From Cyanophora paradoxa CCMP329 (taxonomy: Eukaryota; Plantae; Glaucophyta), in contig QPMI01000495.1 of the NCBI GenBank assembly GCA_004431415.1, positions 186,001 through 250,000 on the forward strand: a stretch of 64,000 nt of DNA, written 5' to 3'. The notes beneath the pieces were generated by a model. That model searched no databases and was not told the DNA's origin. It saw only the letters and a program-made list of their open reading frames with translations. The translations under genes and the position numbers were made by a program. This document shows positions 1-11,928 of this stretch, in pieces (the first letter of the stretch is position 1; the number at the start of each line of letters is the position of its first letter).

Positions 1-423
1 TCATCATAGTATACCATTGATTAGTCTCCGTTCACACTCGCCAAACTCCCGCATGCGCAGAGCTAGATAGCCAGGTTTGTACTCATAAACTAGCTAGCCA
101 GGTCTGTACTAGCCAGTTTCCCGACTTGACTCGTTGACTACTTTCTTACCGATTGCAAGCGCGCAGTACTATGATAATGGTGCTGCATTTTTGTTTTCTC
201 ATGACTTGCAATTAGATCTGGAGGCAGTTTTCCATGCTTTTGGTTTATTGTTGTCAATTTATGGCGCCTTTAATTGTGAGTGTTATCGTGCTATTCGATG
301 ATCGCCGATCGTGCTGCATGTATATGTATATGTAATTTCTTTTGTGGTTTCTCGCATGAGTTCGAATCGAATTTGAAGGAGCCTGGCCTCGGAGACAGGA
401 TTCAATTGGCAGAGATCGGCGAG

Positions 424-3400
424 TCAGGCGCCGGCGCCGCTGGCGGCGGCGAGGCGGGCGAGGGCGGCGGCGACCTCGTCGGCGTACTTGGCGCCCTCGG
501 GCACGCCCCGCGCCAGCCGCTCCGCCGCCTCCCGCGCCCCCGCGCCGCGCGCTGCGCGTCTCGCTCCCGCCCCCGCCCCGGGCCCGCCGCCGCCTCCAGC
601 TCCCCCACCACTTTCCTGCGCGGCCCCTGCCCATCAGGACGCGATCGCTGGAGTGGGGCGGGGCGGGCGGGGCGGCGGGGCGCGCTTGAGCTGGCGGGCG
701 AGCTTCCCGAGGGCGGGGCGGGGACGAGGCCCTCGCAGAAGGCGACGGCGGCGAGGAGCGGCAGCAGCACCGCCCGAGCCGCTCCACCGCTGCGCCCGGC
801 CCGGGGCCCCTCGTCAGATCTAGATCGGAGCCGCGGCGATGGTGCACGCTGCGGGGCTGGAGGCCGGCCCGCGCGCACCGGCGGGGGCGCCCCCGGGACG
901 ACGGCCGGCCGCATGCCGCCCCGGCCGCCTCCGCCGCCGCCTGCGGGCGCGGGGCGCGGGGGCGCGTCAGAGGGCGCCGCTTCCGCCCCGGCGAGCGCGT
1001 GTGCGCTGCCCGCGCCCCCTTCAGAAGCTCCCCCGCCCCTGCTCTCCCCTCTGCTCCGGGGGCACCTGGGTGAGGCGGGGGAGGATGCGCTGCGCGACGT
1101 TCTCCTCGAGGGCCGCCGCCAGCGCCGACCCGCCCCGGCCCGCTGCGCCCCGAGGCTCGGCTCCTCGGGCGGGCGGCGCGGCGGCCGGGGCGGGGCGGGG
1201 GCGGGCGGGGCGGGCCTGGTGGAGGCGGCCGGCGGCGCGGAGATAGTTCCCCTCCATCTTCAGCTCCAGCAGCGCGTCCAGCAGCCGCTGCACCTGCCCC
1301 GCCCCGCCCCGCCCCAAGCGTGTCGGCGGGCGGGCAGGGGCGGGGGAGCCGGGGGCGAGCGTGGGGGGCGGGGGGGACCGTGGGGGCGTGGACGATCTCC
1401 CAGGGGGGCAGGTCCTTCTGCAGCCCCTGCGCGCGCCCGTGGGCCCCGGTCCCTCTCCCCAAAAAGAAAGGAAGGAACGGCACCTGGGAGGCGAAGATCT
1501 CGACGAGGGCGGAGGCTCCGGCGCCCGACGCCGCCGCCGCCGCCACCTCGCTGCGCCGTCCCGCGTGGGCGAGGGAAGCAGCTCGGGTGACCGGGAAGGA
1601 GGGCTGGAGCGGCGCTAGCGATACTCGCGCAAGGGCCGCTGGCCGCCGGGCGGGTCCCTGGGGCCGCCCGGGGGCGCGCGGGGGGCACCTCATGAGGGCG
1701 AGCTGGGACATGACGCCCGCCGGGTTCTTGACCGCCCTGCCCGCACCGCAACGCACCGCATCGGATCGGATCGGATCTGAGCGGGAGGGGGGGCGTGGGG
1801 CGGGCGCGCCTGGAGAGGGCGAGGCGGGCGGCCTTGCGCGCCTCCTCGGGGGCCCCCTGCATGCACACCCGCAGTCAGCGAGGACGTCGAATCCACCGGC
1901 AATGCAGCGCCGGCCGGGCCCGGCCGGATCCCGCCCGGCCCCTCCGGTCCCCCGAAGGAAGGAAGGGAGGAAGGAGGGACCTCGGGGGCCTCGAAGACGG
2001 AGGGGGAGAGGAGGCTCCTCGCGATCGGCGCGAACGCCTCGAAGCGCCCCTGCGCACGAAGCGGTCGGAGGCGGGCCAGGGGTCGGCGGCGGGGGGGGGG
2101 GCGGGCCTGGGCGGCGAAGATCTCCGCGAGGCGGGCGCCCAGGGCCAGCGCCCGCATCCCGTCCCGCCGCCCGATCCCCTGCCCTCGGGGTAGGGAGGGG
2201 AGGACGGGGCGGGGCGCCCGTGGGCCGCGGGCGAAGAAGAAGAAGAGGAGGGGGGGGGGCGGGGGGAAAGGGCGCACGTCGAGGACCTGGAGGAGGGCGG
2301 GGGCGTCGAAGGCCGCCGGGTCCGCCTCCACAGCCCCCGCCACCTCCCTGCGCGCGCGAGGCGCGGCGGTGGGCGGCCCGCGATCGACCCGCATCGACCT
2401 GGCGGGCGGGGAAGGACGGGGCACCGTGCGAGGGCCGAGAGGCCGGCGGCGGCGTCCTGGCCGGGGGCCCCCGCCGCCGCCACCAGCTTCACCTGCGCGC
2501 CCCGCGCGACCAGCCGGGCGGCTCAGGCGAGCGAGCCCGAGCGAGCGAGCGCGGGGCGGGGCGGGGCGGGGGCGCCTGGGTGCGGAGGGCGTCCAGCTCC
2601 TTCTTGACCTCGGGGTCGGGCTGCCGTCCCCGCCCCGGTCACGGTCATGGTGAGGCCGGCGGGGGCCCACGGGGGGCGCTTGGCGTCCTCGCTTCCCTTC
2701 CTATCGCCTCCTAGCCCCGGGCCTCGCACCGGGAGGACGCCGGCCATGCCCCAGGGGAAGTTCGGGGGCAGCAGGTACGCGTAGTCCCGCAGCTGCCGCT
2801 CGAAGGGCGCCGAAGCGTCGTACTGCGCCGGGCTGCACGGGGCGGGGCGTTAGAGAGTGAGCAAACGGGGAACTTGGAGGCGGCCGGGGCGGGGGCCGGG
2901 GGCGGGCCAGCAGAGGGCGAGCATGCCGGTGGCGGCCGCCGCCGCCGCCGTGTCCACCCGCTCCCGCTCCTGCCGCCCCGTGAGGAAGGTGTGGGAGGGC
3001 GAGGGCGCGGTCGGGGGGTACGCGCCTTGCCGATGTGCCGGCGGACGACGGCGAGGGCCTGCGGGGGGCGCGCGCGGGGCGGTCAGGCGGGGCGGGGCTG
3101 GATGGAGGGCGGGCGGGCGGGCGGGGGCCTGGGCGTAGGCGGCGGCGAGGTCGCGGGTGTAGAGGGAGGTCTCAGCGAGCCGCTCTTCCAGCGCCGAGGG
3201 CGGGAACCTGCGGGCAGGCCCCTCGGCTTCTCTCTCGCGCGGGGGCCTCTTTCTGTGAGGGGGGCGGACCCGGAGGGGGTGAGGGGGGCGAGGAAGCGGC
3301 GGGCGAGGGAGATGCCGACGAGCTCGCCCGCCGTCGACGCCGCCACCAGCTGCCCGCCAGCCTCAGCCGCCGGCCCGGGGCGGTGCGGGGCGGGGCGGGG

Positions 3401-5288
3401 CAGGAGACGCGCCTGGGAGACGGTGCAGCGGCTGAACTCGACTGCGGTGCAGAGGGGGCGCGGGCGCCTCACGAAGGCCGGCGGAGGGGGAAGGGAGAGG
3501 AGGGGGACCGGCGGCGAGGGAGGTGGAGAAGGACTCGGAGTGCTGGAGGAGCTGGTAGGTGGGCGCCAGCTGCAGGCTGTTCAGCCGCCACGTCCCTGCC
3601 CCGCCACCCGCCGTCAGGGGGGGGAAGGAGGGGGGGAAGGAGGGGGGGGAGGAGGGAAGGGGTAGACCGTCGAGGCCCCCCGTGGCGATGAACTCGCAGT
3701 GCACGCGGCTCCAGCTGCCGTCCGGCCGGCGCCCCTCAGACGGGGGCCGGGGAGCCCCGCAGGGGCGAGAGGGGCGCACCTGAGGCCCGTGGCGGGGCCC
3801 AGGTGGCTGTCCAGGCTCGCCGCCGGCTCCGACATCTTCCTGCTCGGGGGGTACAGCGAGATCGGGGCGGGAGGGATGAAGATCAGGGGAGGAAATGGGG
3901 AGTAGGCGGTTCGGCGGGCGACGGGCCGCACCTCGTGTCCCACACGCGGACCATCCCGCCATCGCCTGGGGATGGGTTTCGAGGGAGGGAGTGGGGAGAG
4001 GGAGGGGTGAAGGGGGGCGAGCGAGAGGGGGGGGGGGGTACCTGCGGACGCGAGCCAGTTCGGGACCAGGGGGCTCCACCTAAGTACGCGTACCCCGAGC
4101 TCGTGCGCCGCAGGGAGCTCGGCGACCTGCGGAGGGTACGGCAATGACGGGGCGCACGGCGGCCCCGGAGGGGAGGGGGGTACCACGGCCTTCTTCGGAT
4201 CGCTGGAGGCGAGGCGAGCGTCGAGAAGGCAGAGGCGCCCCCCGGCGCCCCCCGTCGCGAGCTGCGGGGGGGTAGGGGAAACGGGCGGCCCGCGGGTCGG
4301 ACTCGGATGCAGGGGTACCGAAATCCGGGGGCTGGCGGTGGGGTACGGTACCTGATTCACAGAGTGGGGAGACCAATCAATGCAGCGGACGGGCCCGGGA
4401 AGGAGCTGCGGCGGAGGGAGGAGTGAGATGGGGGTACAGCGGCGCGGGGGGGGGGGAGGGGGAGGGGACCTCGAAGGCGCTGAGGGGCGTCGAGCGCTCC
4501 GCGCTCCATCTGTGGGCAGGGAGGGGTACAAATGAGGCGGGATCGGATTACCAAGAACGGGGGGGGGGAGGGGGGAAGGGATCGCACAGGAAGCAGAAAG
4601 GGCCCACGCTCGTTGCGAAGCGGGCGTCATCGGTCGGGTGCAGCGCGGAGGCGCGCACGCGCGGCGAGGGCGCGAAGTTCTGCGGGGGTACGCGAGTCGG
4701 CCGGGGCGGGGGCGGAGCGGGGGGGGGTACGGGCGCGCCTGGGCGCCGTGGTGCGAGGCGGCGTGCTCGGGGTGCGCGAAGCTGGCGGCCGGCGTCGGGT
4801 CGAAGGGGCGCGCCGGGTCGAACCTGTAGACGTGCGCGAGCGAGTCGTCGCAGCCGAGCAGGAGCGACGGGCCCGAGAAGGCAACGCTCTGGGCGCGCCC
4901 GGACGGCGTCTTCGCGCTCGCCAGCTCCGAGAACGACACGGCCGTCGGCTTCTTCGACTCCTTGCCGCTGCCGGCGACCGAGAGGAGCGCGATGCGCTCG
5001 TATCCCGCCACCGCAACCGTGTCGCTGCCGCTGTGCACTGCGAGGCATGTGATCCGCGGGATGGGGCGGACCTGCGCGGGCAAACCGCGTTCACCGCCAG
5101 CGTACGAGCGCCGACAGTACTGCGGCCGGGGATGGCAGCGCGAGGTGCGGCGTACGCACCGGCTGCGAGACGGCCACGTGCGGCGAAAACTGCTTGGCGC
5201 GCAACGCAATGGGCGAGCGCCAGGCCGCGCAAGCATCGGCGTCGCCGGCTGCAGCTGCCGGCGCGGGCGGGCCAACAGCTGCAGCCAT
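424..5288 (-). CDS. WD40-repeat protein with helical C-terminal region (multi-exon)
   Basis: Exon fragments: ITCLAVHSGSDTVAVAG, VRCIDWSPHSVNQ/LATGGAGGRLCLLDAR, AHELGVRVLRWSPLVPNWLASAG/DGMVRVWD, SHLGPATGL/SWSRVHCEFIATGGLDG (WD40 repeats). ATG at 5288 (MAAAVGPP); likely stop at 424-426 (...AAASGAGA*). Many short CCCCG-rich introns. Confidence 0.8.
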
Positions 5289-5565
5289 CTTGACCGCCCT
5301 CGGTCGGCGTCTACAATTGCCGCGGACGCGACTGCACAGCTTGTAGACTCTCGCTAAGCTCGCAGCTGCCGCTCTCGCTTGTCTATTGGTGCGATGGACC
5401 GCCCTCGGCGCCCGCTCACTCTCGAGCCCGCGCACAGCTATTGTAAATAGCTCGCTGATCGCTTTCGCTCTCGCTCACGCTCTCTAGCTGATCGACGCGC
5501 ACCAGCCGTGCCCCGTACCCCCCCGCCCCCCCTCCCCCTCCAGTGATCGACAGCAGCAAGTCGAA

Positions 5566-8243
5566 ATGCGTTCGCTGCTGGCGCTTCTGGCGCTCTGCGC
5601 CGCGTGCGCATGCGCTCAGGAGCAGCAGTCGAAAGGCTCGGGGCACCAGCCTGTCATCTTGATTCCAGGTTCGCTTCGATCTTTTCCTATTAGCGCCGCC
5701 TTGAGGCTTCGCTCTCACAGAGTCCCGTGCCAGGCGTCGAGGGCAGGTCGGTTTCTCCATTTTCCGGCGGTGTTCGCTGAGCCTGGGCATGGCCAGCGCA
5801 CCGTGCGAGCTTCAACGCATGTGATCGAGCTCATTTCTCGTGCAGCGTCCTTGATCAAGTCAACGGAGACCGCGTGCAAGTGTGGCTCCCCTCCGCCGAG
5901 ATCCTGGATGTGCGATGCTGCTGCATCTGCTGCTGCTGCTGCTGCCGACACGCCGCGCATGCGCAGAATGGAACGGCGGGCACTTTCGCCGCCCTCCGGG
6001 ACCCGTGGCAGCGCATCTGTGCGCCGATCGATATCGCGAGCTCGAGCTCGCGCTCGAGACCGCCCAATCGATCACACGCGTACGCTCGCACAGCGGAGGC
6101 GTTGGTGAACTCACTGTATCTGCGATACGACCCGGCCTCGAACACCCTGAGCGAGGTCTCCGGCAAGCGCGTCGAGCCGCCCCAGGCGCGCCCCCGACGT
6201 CGGCGCCCTGCGTTCGCTTGCAATTGCGTCACTTGCGTTCGCGCAGGCGGACAGCGGCCTGTTCGCGATCGGCAACTTGGTGGGGAATTCGACGGCGCTG
6301 AAGGCGCTGGGCCTCGAGGCGAACCAGAAGTACTTCCAGGACCTGATCAAATTTCTGCGGGACGAGATGGGATACCGCCCGGGGGCCGACCTCTGGGGCT
6401 ACCCCGCGCGCCCCGGAGCTCGCGCGCGCGCGACGCCCTTCCGTGCGGCCGCTCACGCGCCTTTTCCGCGCGTGCGCAGTACGACTGGCGGACGAGCAAC
6501 GGGCTCCCGGCGAAGGTGGAGGGCCTGCACCGCCTCGTGCGGCAGGCGCGCGGCGCGGCGGGGCGCCCGGTCACCCTCCTCGTCCACTCCATGGGCGGCC
6601 TCCTCACCCTCAGCGTGCGCCCGCCCGCCCGCCGAGCCTTCGGACTCGAAGCGCGAGCTCGAGCTTGCGGGCAGTACTTCACGAGCCACCCGGAGGCTGT
6701 CGACGAGCTCGTCCGCCAGGTGCCGCCTGCAGCTGCCTGCGCCGCTCTCGCGCGCGCCCTCCGGGCCCGAGCCTCCTGCGGCCCGCCCCGCCGCTCCGCT
6801 CAGGTTATCTTCGTCGGCACACCCTTCCTCGGCGCCCCGTGCGGCCCCGCCCGCCCGCCCCGCCCCGCCCCCGCCCCCGCCCCCGCCCCCGCCGCCCCCG
6901 AGAGGCAGCGCAGCGGCCGCACCTTCGAGGCGATGACCTCGGGCGCGTCGCGGGGCCCCGCACCCGCCCCAGCCCCCAGCCCTCGGGCGGACGCCGGCTC
7001 ATTGTTCACGGGCCGGGGCCGGCGCCGCCGGCGGCAGGGACGGACATCACGGGCCAGGACCTCTTCCTCCAGAAGATCCTCCCCGTCGTCCGGTGCCTCC
7101 CCGCCCCGCCCCGCCCCGCCCCGCCCCGCCCAGCTCTCCCGCGCCCTGCCGCTGACCTGGAGGGGCCCGCAGGAACTTCGTGTACACGTCGCCGGCCTTC
7201 TACGAGCTGCTGCCGCGGCCGGGGCCCTGGCCGGGGGACGGCGGCCCGCCCTCCGTCGTCGTGAACGTCAACGGGCAGAACCAGACCTTCGCCGGCGCAG
7301 ACGCCGCCTTCGGGGCCCTCGCCCGGGTCCGAGCCCTCCCCCCCGTCCAGGATCCGGGAGCCGGGGAGCCCGAGCGCTCACGGACGCTCGCGCCCGCGCT
7401 CCCGCGCAGGCGGCGCAGGGCAACACGTTCACGATCCAGGGCCAGCAAGTCCCGTGGCCGCTGTACCCCCAGCTCCGCTCGCAGGCCGACGCCGACGTCG
7501 CGGTGCCCGCGCCCCCGCCCGAGCCGGCCCTCGCCGGCCCGTGCTCCGGCCGGCCGCCCGCGACGCCGGCCGCGCAGCGCTGGCTCCGCGCGCCCCTCCC
7601 CGCGGAGATCTACACCGTCGTCGGGACCGGCAAACGCACCAAGTAGCCGCCGGCCGCCGGCCGCCGGGCCCGGCCACCGCGCGCGCGCTCGCCGAGGCGG
7701 GCCGCACGCAGGTACAACGCGACGTGGGACAACGTGCAGAGGCTGAGCGACATCATCGGGAAGGCGGGGAACTTCGAGGAAGTGGACGGGGACGTGCGCA
7801 TGCGCCCCCGAGCTCGAGCTCGAGCCGCGGCCGCGCGCCCCGCCCGCTCCGGATCCGATGCGCCGTTCGCAGGAGACGGTGCCGCTGGTGTCCGCCGCGG
7901 CGCTCGACGGCCGCGCGCGGGAGAGCGTTCGCGTGAACGCGAACCACGACGGTGCGCGTGTGCATGCGCGTCCGGATCGCGGTCCGGCGTCGACGCCGAT
8001 CCCGCGCGCGGGGGCGCAGACCTCCTCGCGGCGCGGGACTCCTTCGACGCCTTCCGCAAATGGCTCACGACCCCGCCGCCGGCGCCGCCCGCGGCCGCCG
8101 GCATGCCGCCCGCAGCCCCGCCGCCCGCCCCGCCCTCGCCCCGGCCCCGGCCCCGGCCCCGGCCCCGGCCCGGCCTAGCTAGGTCTTTCGGTGGAGGAGT
8201 GCCGACGCGGGAGCGGGCGCCCCCGCCTGCGCCGGCCATTTGA
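5566..8243 (+). CDS. Lecithin:cholesterol acyltransferase / lysosomal phospholipase A2 family alpha/beta hydrolase, secreted
   Basis: Signal peptide MRSLLALLALCAACACAQ; PVILIPG; YDWR; nucleophile motif LVHSMGG; IFVGTPFLGA; DGDETVP-like Asp motif and NANHD His motif. 3' end approximate. Confidence 0.85.
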
Positions 8244-8702
8244 ATTTGCTCAGCGCTGCCGGCCATGCGCATGCGCGCATGGGGCGCGCGCGTACGTGCA
8301 CCCTTAAGCTTCTCAGCCGCTATGTGCACACGCGTACGGTCCCCGCCCCTGTCTATAGCTATCTCGTCTCTCTCTTTCTCGGTACATGTACATCTTCTCC
8401 TCGTCCGGATCCGGCTGGCGCTAGCGCTGTGGCCGGCGCCGCGGTCGCGGCGCCCCGGCCGCGCGCGGCCGCGCCGCCGGCGCCGCTAGCGCTGGATCCG
8501 GACTGCCCCGCAGCGCCGGCCCTTGTGTCGACTCGGCGCACTCTGTCACAGTGTAATATACTGTTAATCTCGAGCAATTGCAATCGATATGATCGATATC
8601 ACGAGCACGAACTCCGAAGGCCCTGCTGCAGGGCCATGCATGCACAATGCAGGCGTACCCCCGCGTAGTAAGCCCTCTCTTGCAGCGGGAGGAATTTCGA
8701 CG

Positions 8703-11167
8703 ATGCGGAGCAGCGGGGGTGCTGCTTTCCAGGTGCTGGGGTGGAGGCCGTCGCGCAGAGGTTCGCCGCCTCGCGCCTCGGCACGCGCGTCGGACGATCG
8801 CTTCCCGCAGGGCCCACTGCGGTCGTGTCGCTCGATGCGGCAGCACGAAACACGTGTGAGCTGGCCCGTACGCGGCGTGAGCGGCTTCCAATCTCGCTGG
8901 GATCGGCGTGGACCGGCGCGGGTCGCGGCGCGCTTCGAGCTTGCCGGTCGGCGTGCAGCGCGGCGGCGGAGACGAGCGCAACCGCACGTAACAGCAAAGT
9001 GCAGCCCACAACAGCGTCCGCGTTGCCGGGAGGCGGCGGGGAAGGCCGCAAGGTCGTCGTGGTAGGCGGCGGCGCGGCGGGCTTCTTCGCAGCCATACGG
9101 GCGGCGGAGCTGCGTGGCGACTACGGAGTGACGATCCTTGAGGCCGGGCCTGAGGTGCTGTGTGAGCGCTGCCCGCTTCCAGCGCGCCGCCCACCGCCCC
9201 CTATCTCTGCCCGCTGACGCCCTGCCCGACCGCAGGGAAAGTGCGGATCTCAGGCGCGCCCGCCCGCGGTGTTCCGGGCGCTGGCCGTTCCCCGCCCGAC
9301 GCTCCGCTTGCGCAGGCGGGGGCCGCTGCAACGTGACGCACGCGTGCTTCGAGCCGGCGCGGCTCGTGGAGGCGTACCCCCGCGGGGGCCGCGAGCTCCG
9401 CGGGCCCTTCTCCCGCTTCCAGCCGAGGTCCGTACCCCCCTCGACCTCTTCCCCCTCGCCCTCTCGCCCGCTCGAGCCGCCGGGCAGGGACACGGTCGAG
9501 TGGTTCGAATCCCGCGGGGTCAAGTTGAAGGCGGAGGCCGACGGGCGCATGTTCCCAACCACGGACGACTCGGTGCGCGCCGTCCCCCCCTCCGAGCCCC
9601 CCTCCCCGCCTAAGTCCCCCTCAGGGTACGATTGCGGGCTGCCTCGAGCGGGCCGCCTCCCGCGCCGGCGTGCGCGTCCTCACGCGTACCCCTGTATCAT
9701 CCGTCGCCCGCCGGTGCGGTAAACTCCGTCGCCTAGGGTCCTCCTCGTTATTCGTACCCCCGACGCGGGGCGCAGGGACGACGGAGGCTTTTCCGTGCGG
9801 CCGAAGCGCGGCGATCCGATCGATTGCGACCTCCTCATGCTCGCGACGGGCTCCAGCCCCCCCGTCCGCGCCCGCCCCCGCACCCCGCCCCTTCCCCGCC
9901 CTCCCCGACGCGATGGGCGCAGGGGTACCGGTTCGCCGAGTCGCTGGGGCACACGATCGTACCCCCCGTGCCCTCCCTCTTCACCTTCAAGGTCAGCCTC
10001 GCCATCCCCTCCGCCCCCGCCGGCGCGCTGGAGGAGGGCGCGGGGGCAGGTCAAGGACGCCCGCATCGAGGGGCTGGCCGGCCTCTCAGTCCCCGCGGCC
10101 CGCCTCTCCCTGGCCCCCGAGGGGGGCCCCTCCAAGCGCCCGCCCCCCGGCCTCTCCCAGGCCGGGCCCCTCCTCATCACCCACTGGGCGCGTACCCCCC
10201 GCCCGCCCGCCCCGTACCTGTCTCTGAGAGGGGCGGCAGGGGCTCTCGGGCCCCGCGGTCCTCCGCTGCAGCGCCTGGGGCGCCCGCGCGCTGGCGGAGT
10301 CGGGGTACCGCGCCAGGCGAGCCCCGGGCCTCCCTCCTCCCCCCTTCCCCCCCTCCCACCCACCTCCGGTCTGAGGGGGGTACAGGCTCACGGTAGACTG
10401 GGTGGGGGACCGCGCCGCCCTGGACGACGTCGCACGGTTCCTCGCGCAGGCGCGCGCCCTGTGCCCCCCTCGCGGCGCCGCTCACGTACCCCGCGGCAGG
10501 CGAGGCAGCTGTCGCCGAAGAAGGCGGTGCGGTCGTTCTGCCCGGGGCCGCTGGAGCTGCCGCAGCGCCTCTGGGCGCGGCTCTGCGACGCGGCGGGGGC
10601 GGCCGAGGGCGCAACGTGGGCCCAGCTGCCGGGGCCTGTGCAGGCGGCCCTCGCCTCGCAGGTCAAGGCGGTGCGCGCGCGCCCTCCGCCCGCGTTGTCC
10701 CCGCGCCCCTCACGGCCCCCGCGCGCCCCACGCGCAGAGCGTCTTCGAGGTGGCTGGGAAGGGCGAGTTCAAGGACGAGTGCGACCGTACCCCCGCCCGC
10801 CTCGCCCCGTACCCCCACCGACGCCCGCGCAGGTTCGTCACTGCGGGGGGTATCGCGCTGGGCGAGGTGGATCTGCGGAGGTGCACCGTGCACGTGTCCC
10901 AAAACCATACCCCTTCCCTCCCGCGCCGAAGGGGCCCGGGCGCAGGTTCGAGTCCAAGCGAAGCCCGGGCCTCTTTGCGGCCGGCGAGCTCCTCGACATC
11001 GACGGCGTGACGGCACGTACCCTCCCTCTGTTTTCATCCCCTTCCTCATCTTGAACCCGTACCCCCAGGGCGGCTTCAACTTCCAGAGCGCGTGGACGGG
11101 GGGCTTCCTGGCGGGTACGGCGATGGCCGAGTACGACTTCGCCGCTCGGGGGGCGGCGGGGGCGTAG
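8703..11167 (+). CDS. HI0933/BaiN (YhiN) family NAD(P)/FAD-dependent oxidoreductase with N-terminal extension (putative organelle targeting)
   Basis: [99 protein letters not shown]; stop at 11167. Start inferred ([10 protein letters not shown]). Confidence 0.92.
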
Positions 11168-11928
11168 CCGCCGGGGTTCGCGGCGCGCTGGGCCTCGCGG
11201 CCGGCTTGGCACAGCTACACCTAGCTTGGCACAAGATTGGCGCAGATGGTGGGACGAGTATAGTACGGCCGGTGGCGAAGAAGCGCTAGCGCTAGCGGGT
11301 ACGTAGCAGCTCTCTCTGGAGCCTCGAGGCCAAGCTTGAGGACGAGCTCGAGCTCGAGGGCGGGGTCGCGATCGGGATCCGGAGGAGCGGCTTCGAATTC
11401 GAGATCTGGGAACGTCGATAGCTCCGCCCGGGCCCTGCAGCTGAACTCTAGATCTGCATATGCATGCGCATGCCGCGAGAGCGCGCGGCGGACCGCGCCG
11501 TACGCATGCGCAGCGGCCGCGACGCGAGCGGCGGACCGTACGCGTACCGTACCTATAGCAGTGGTGGCATTGTGGCAAGCATGCGCATTGCAATTCTGTG
11601 GCAGCAGTTTGGCTGGCCACAGGCCTAGGGGTACGCCTCGCTATTGGGATACACGAGATCGCGGCTCCGTAGGAGCGACCTGCAGCTGCCGCGCTCAGCA
11701 GAGCTGTCCGGGATCCATGATCTGAGTAACATCGGGTCGCGGGGGAGCGCGCTCGCGTCGGCGCGGGGAAGCTCGCGGCGCGGATCGGCGCGGAGGACGC
11801 GCTTGGAAGATCAAAGGTGCACGTGCGCGAGCGGCGCCTTCGCATCGTTCCGTATTCGTAGCTTCGCGCCTCCGCCCGCCTCACCCGCCCATGTTGCAAT
11901 TGCGCAGGTGCAGGCTCGTGTGTCGACA

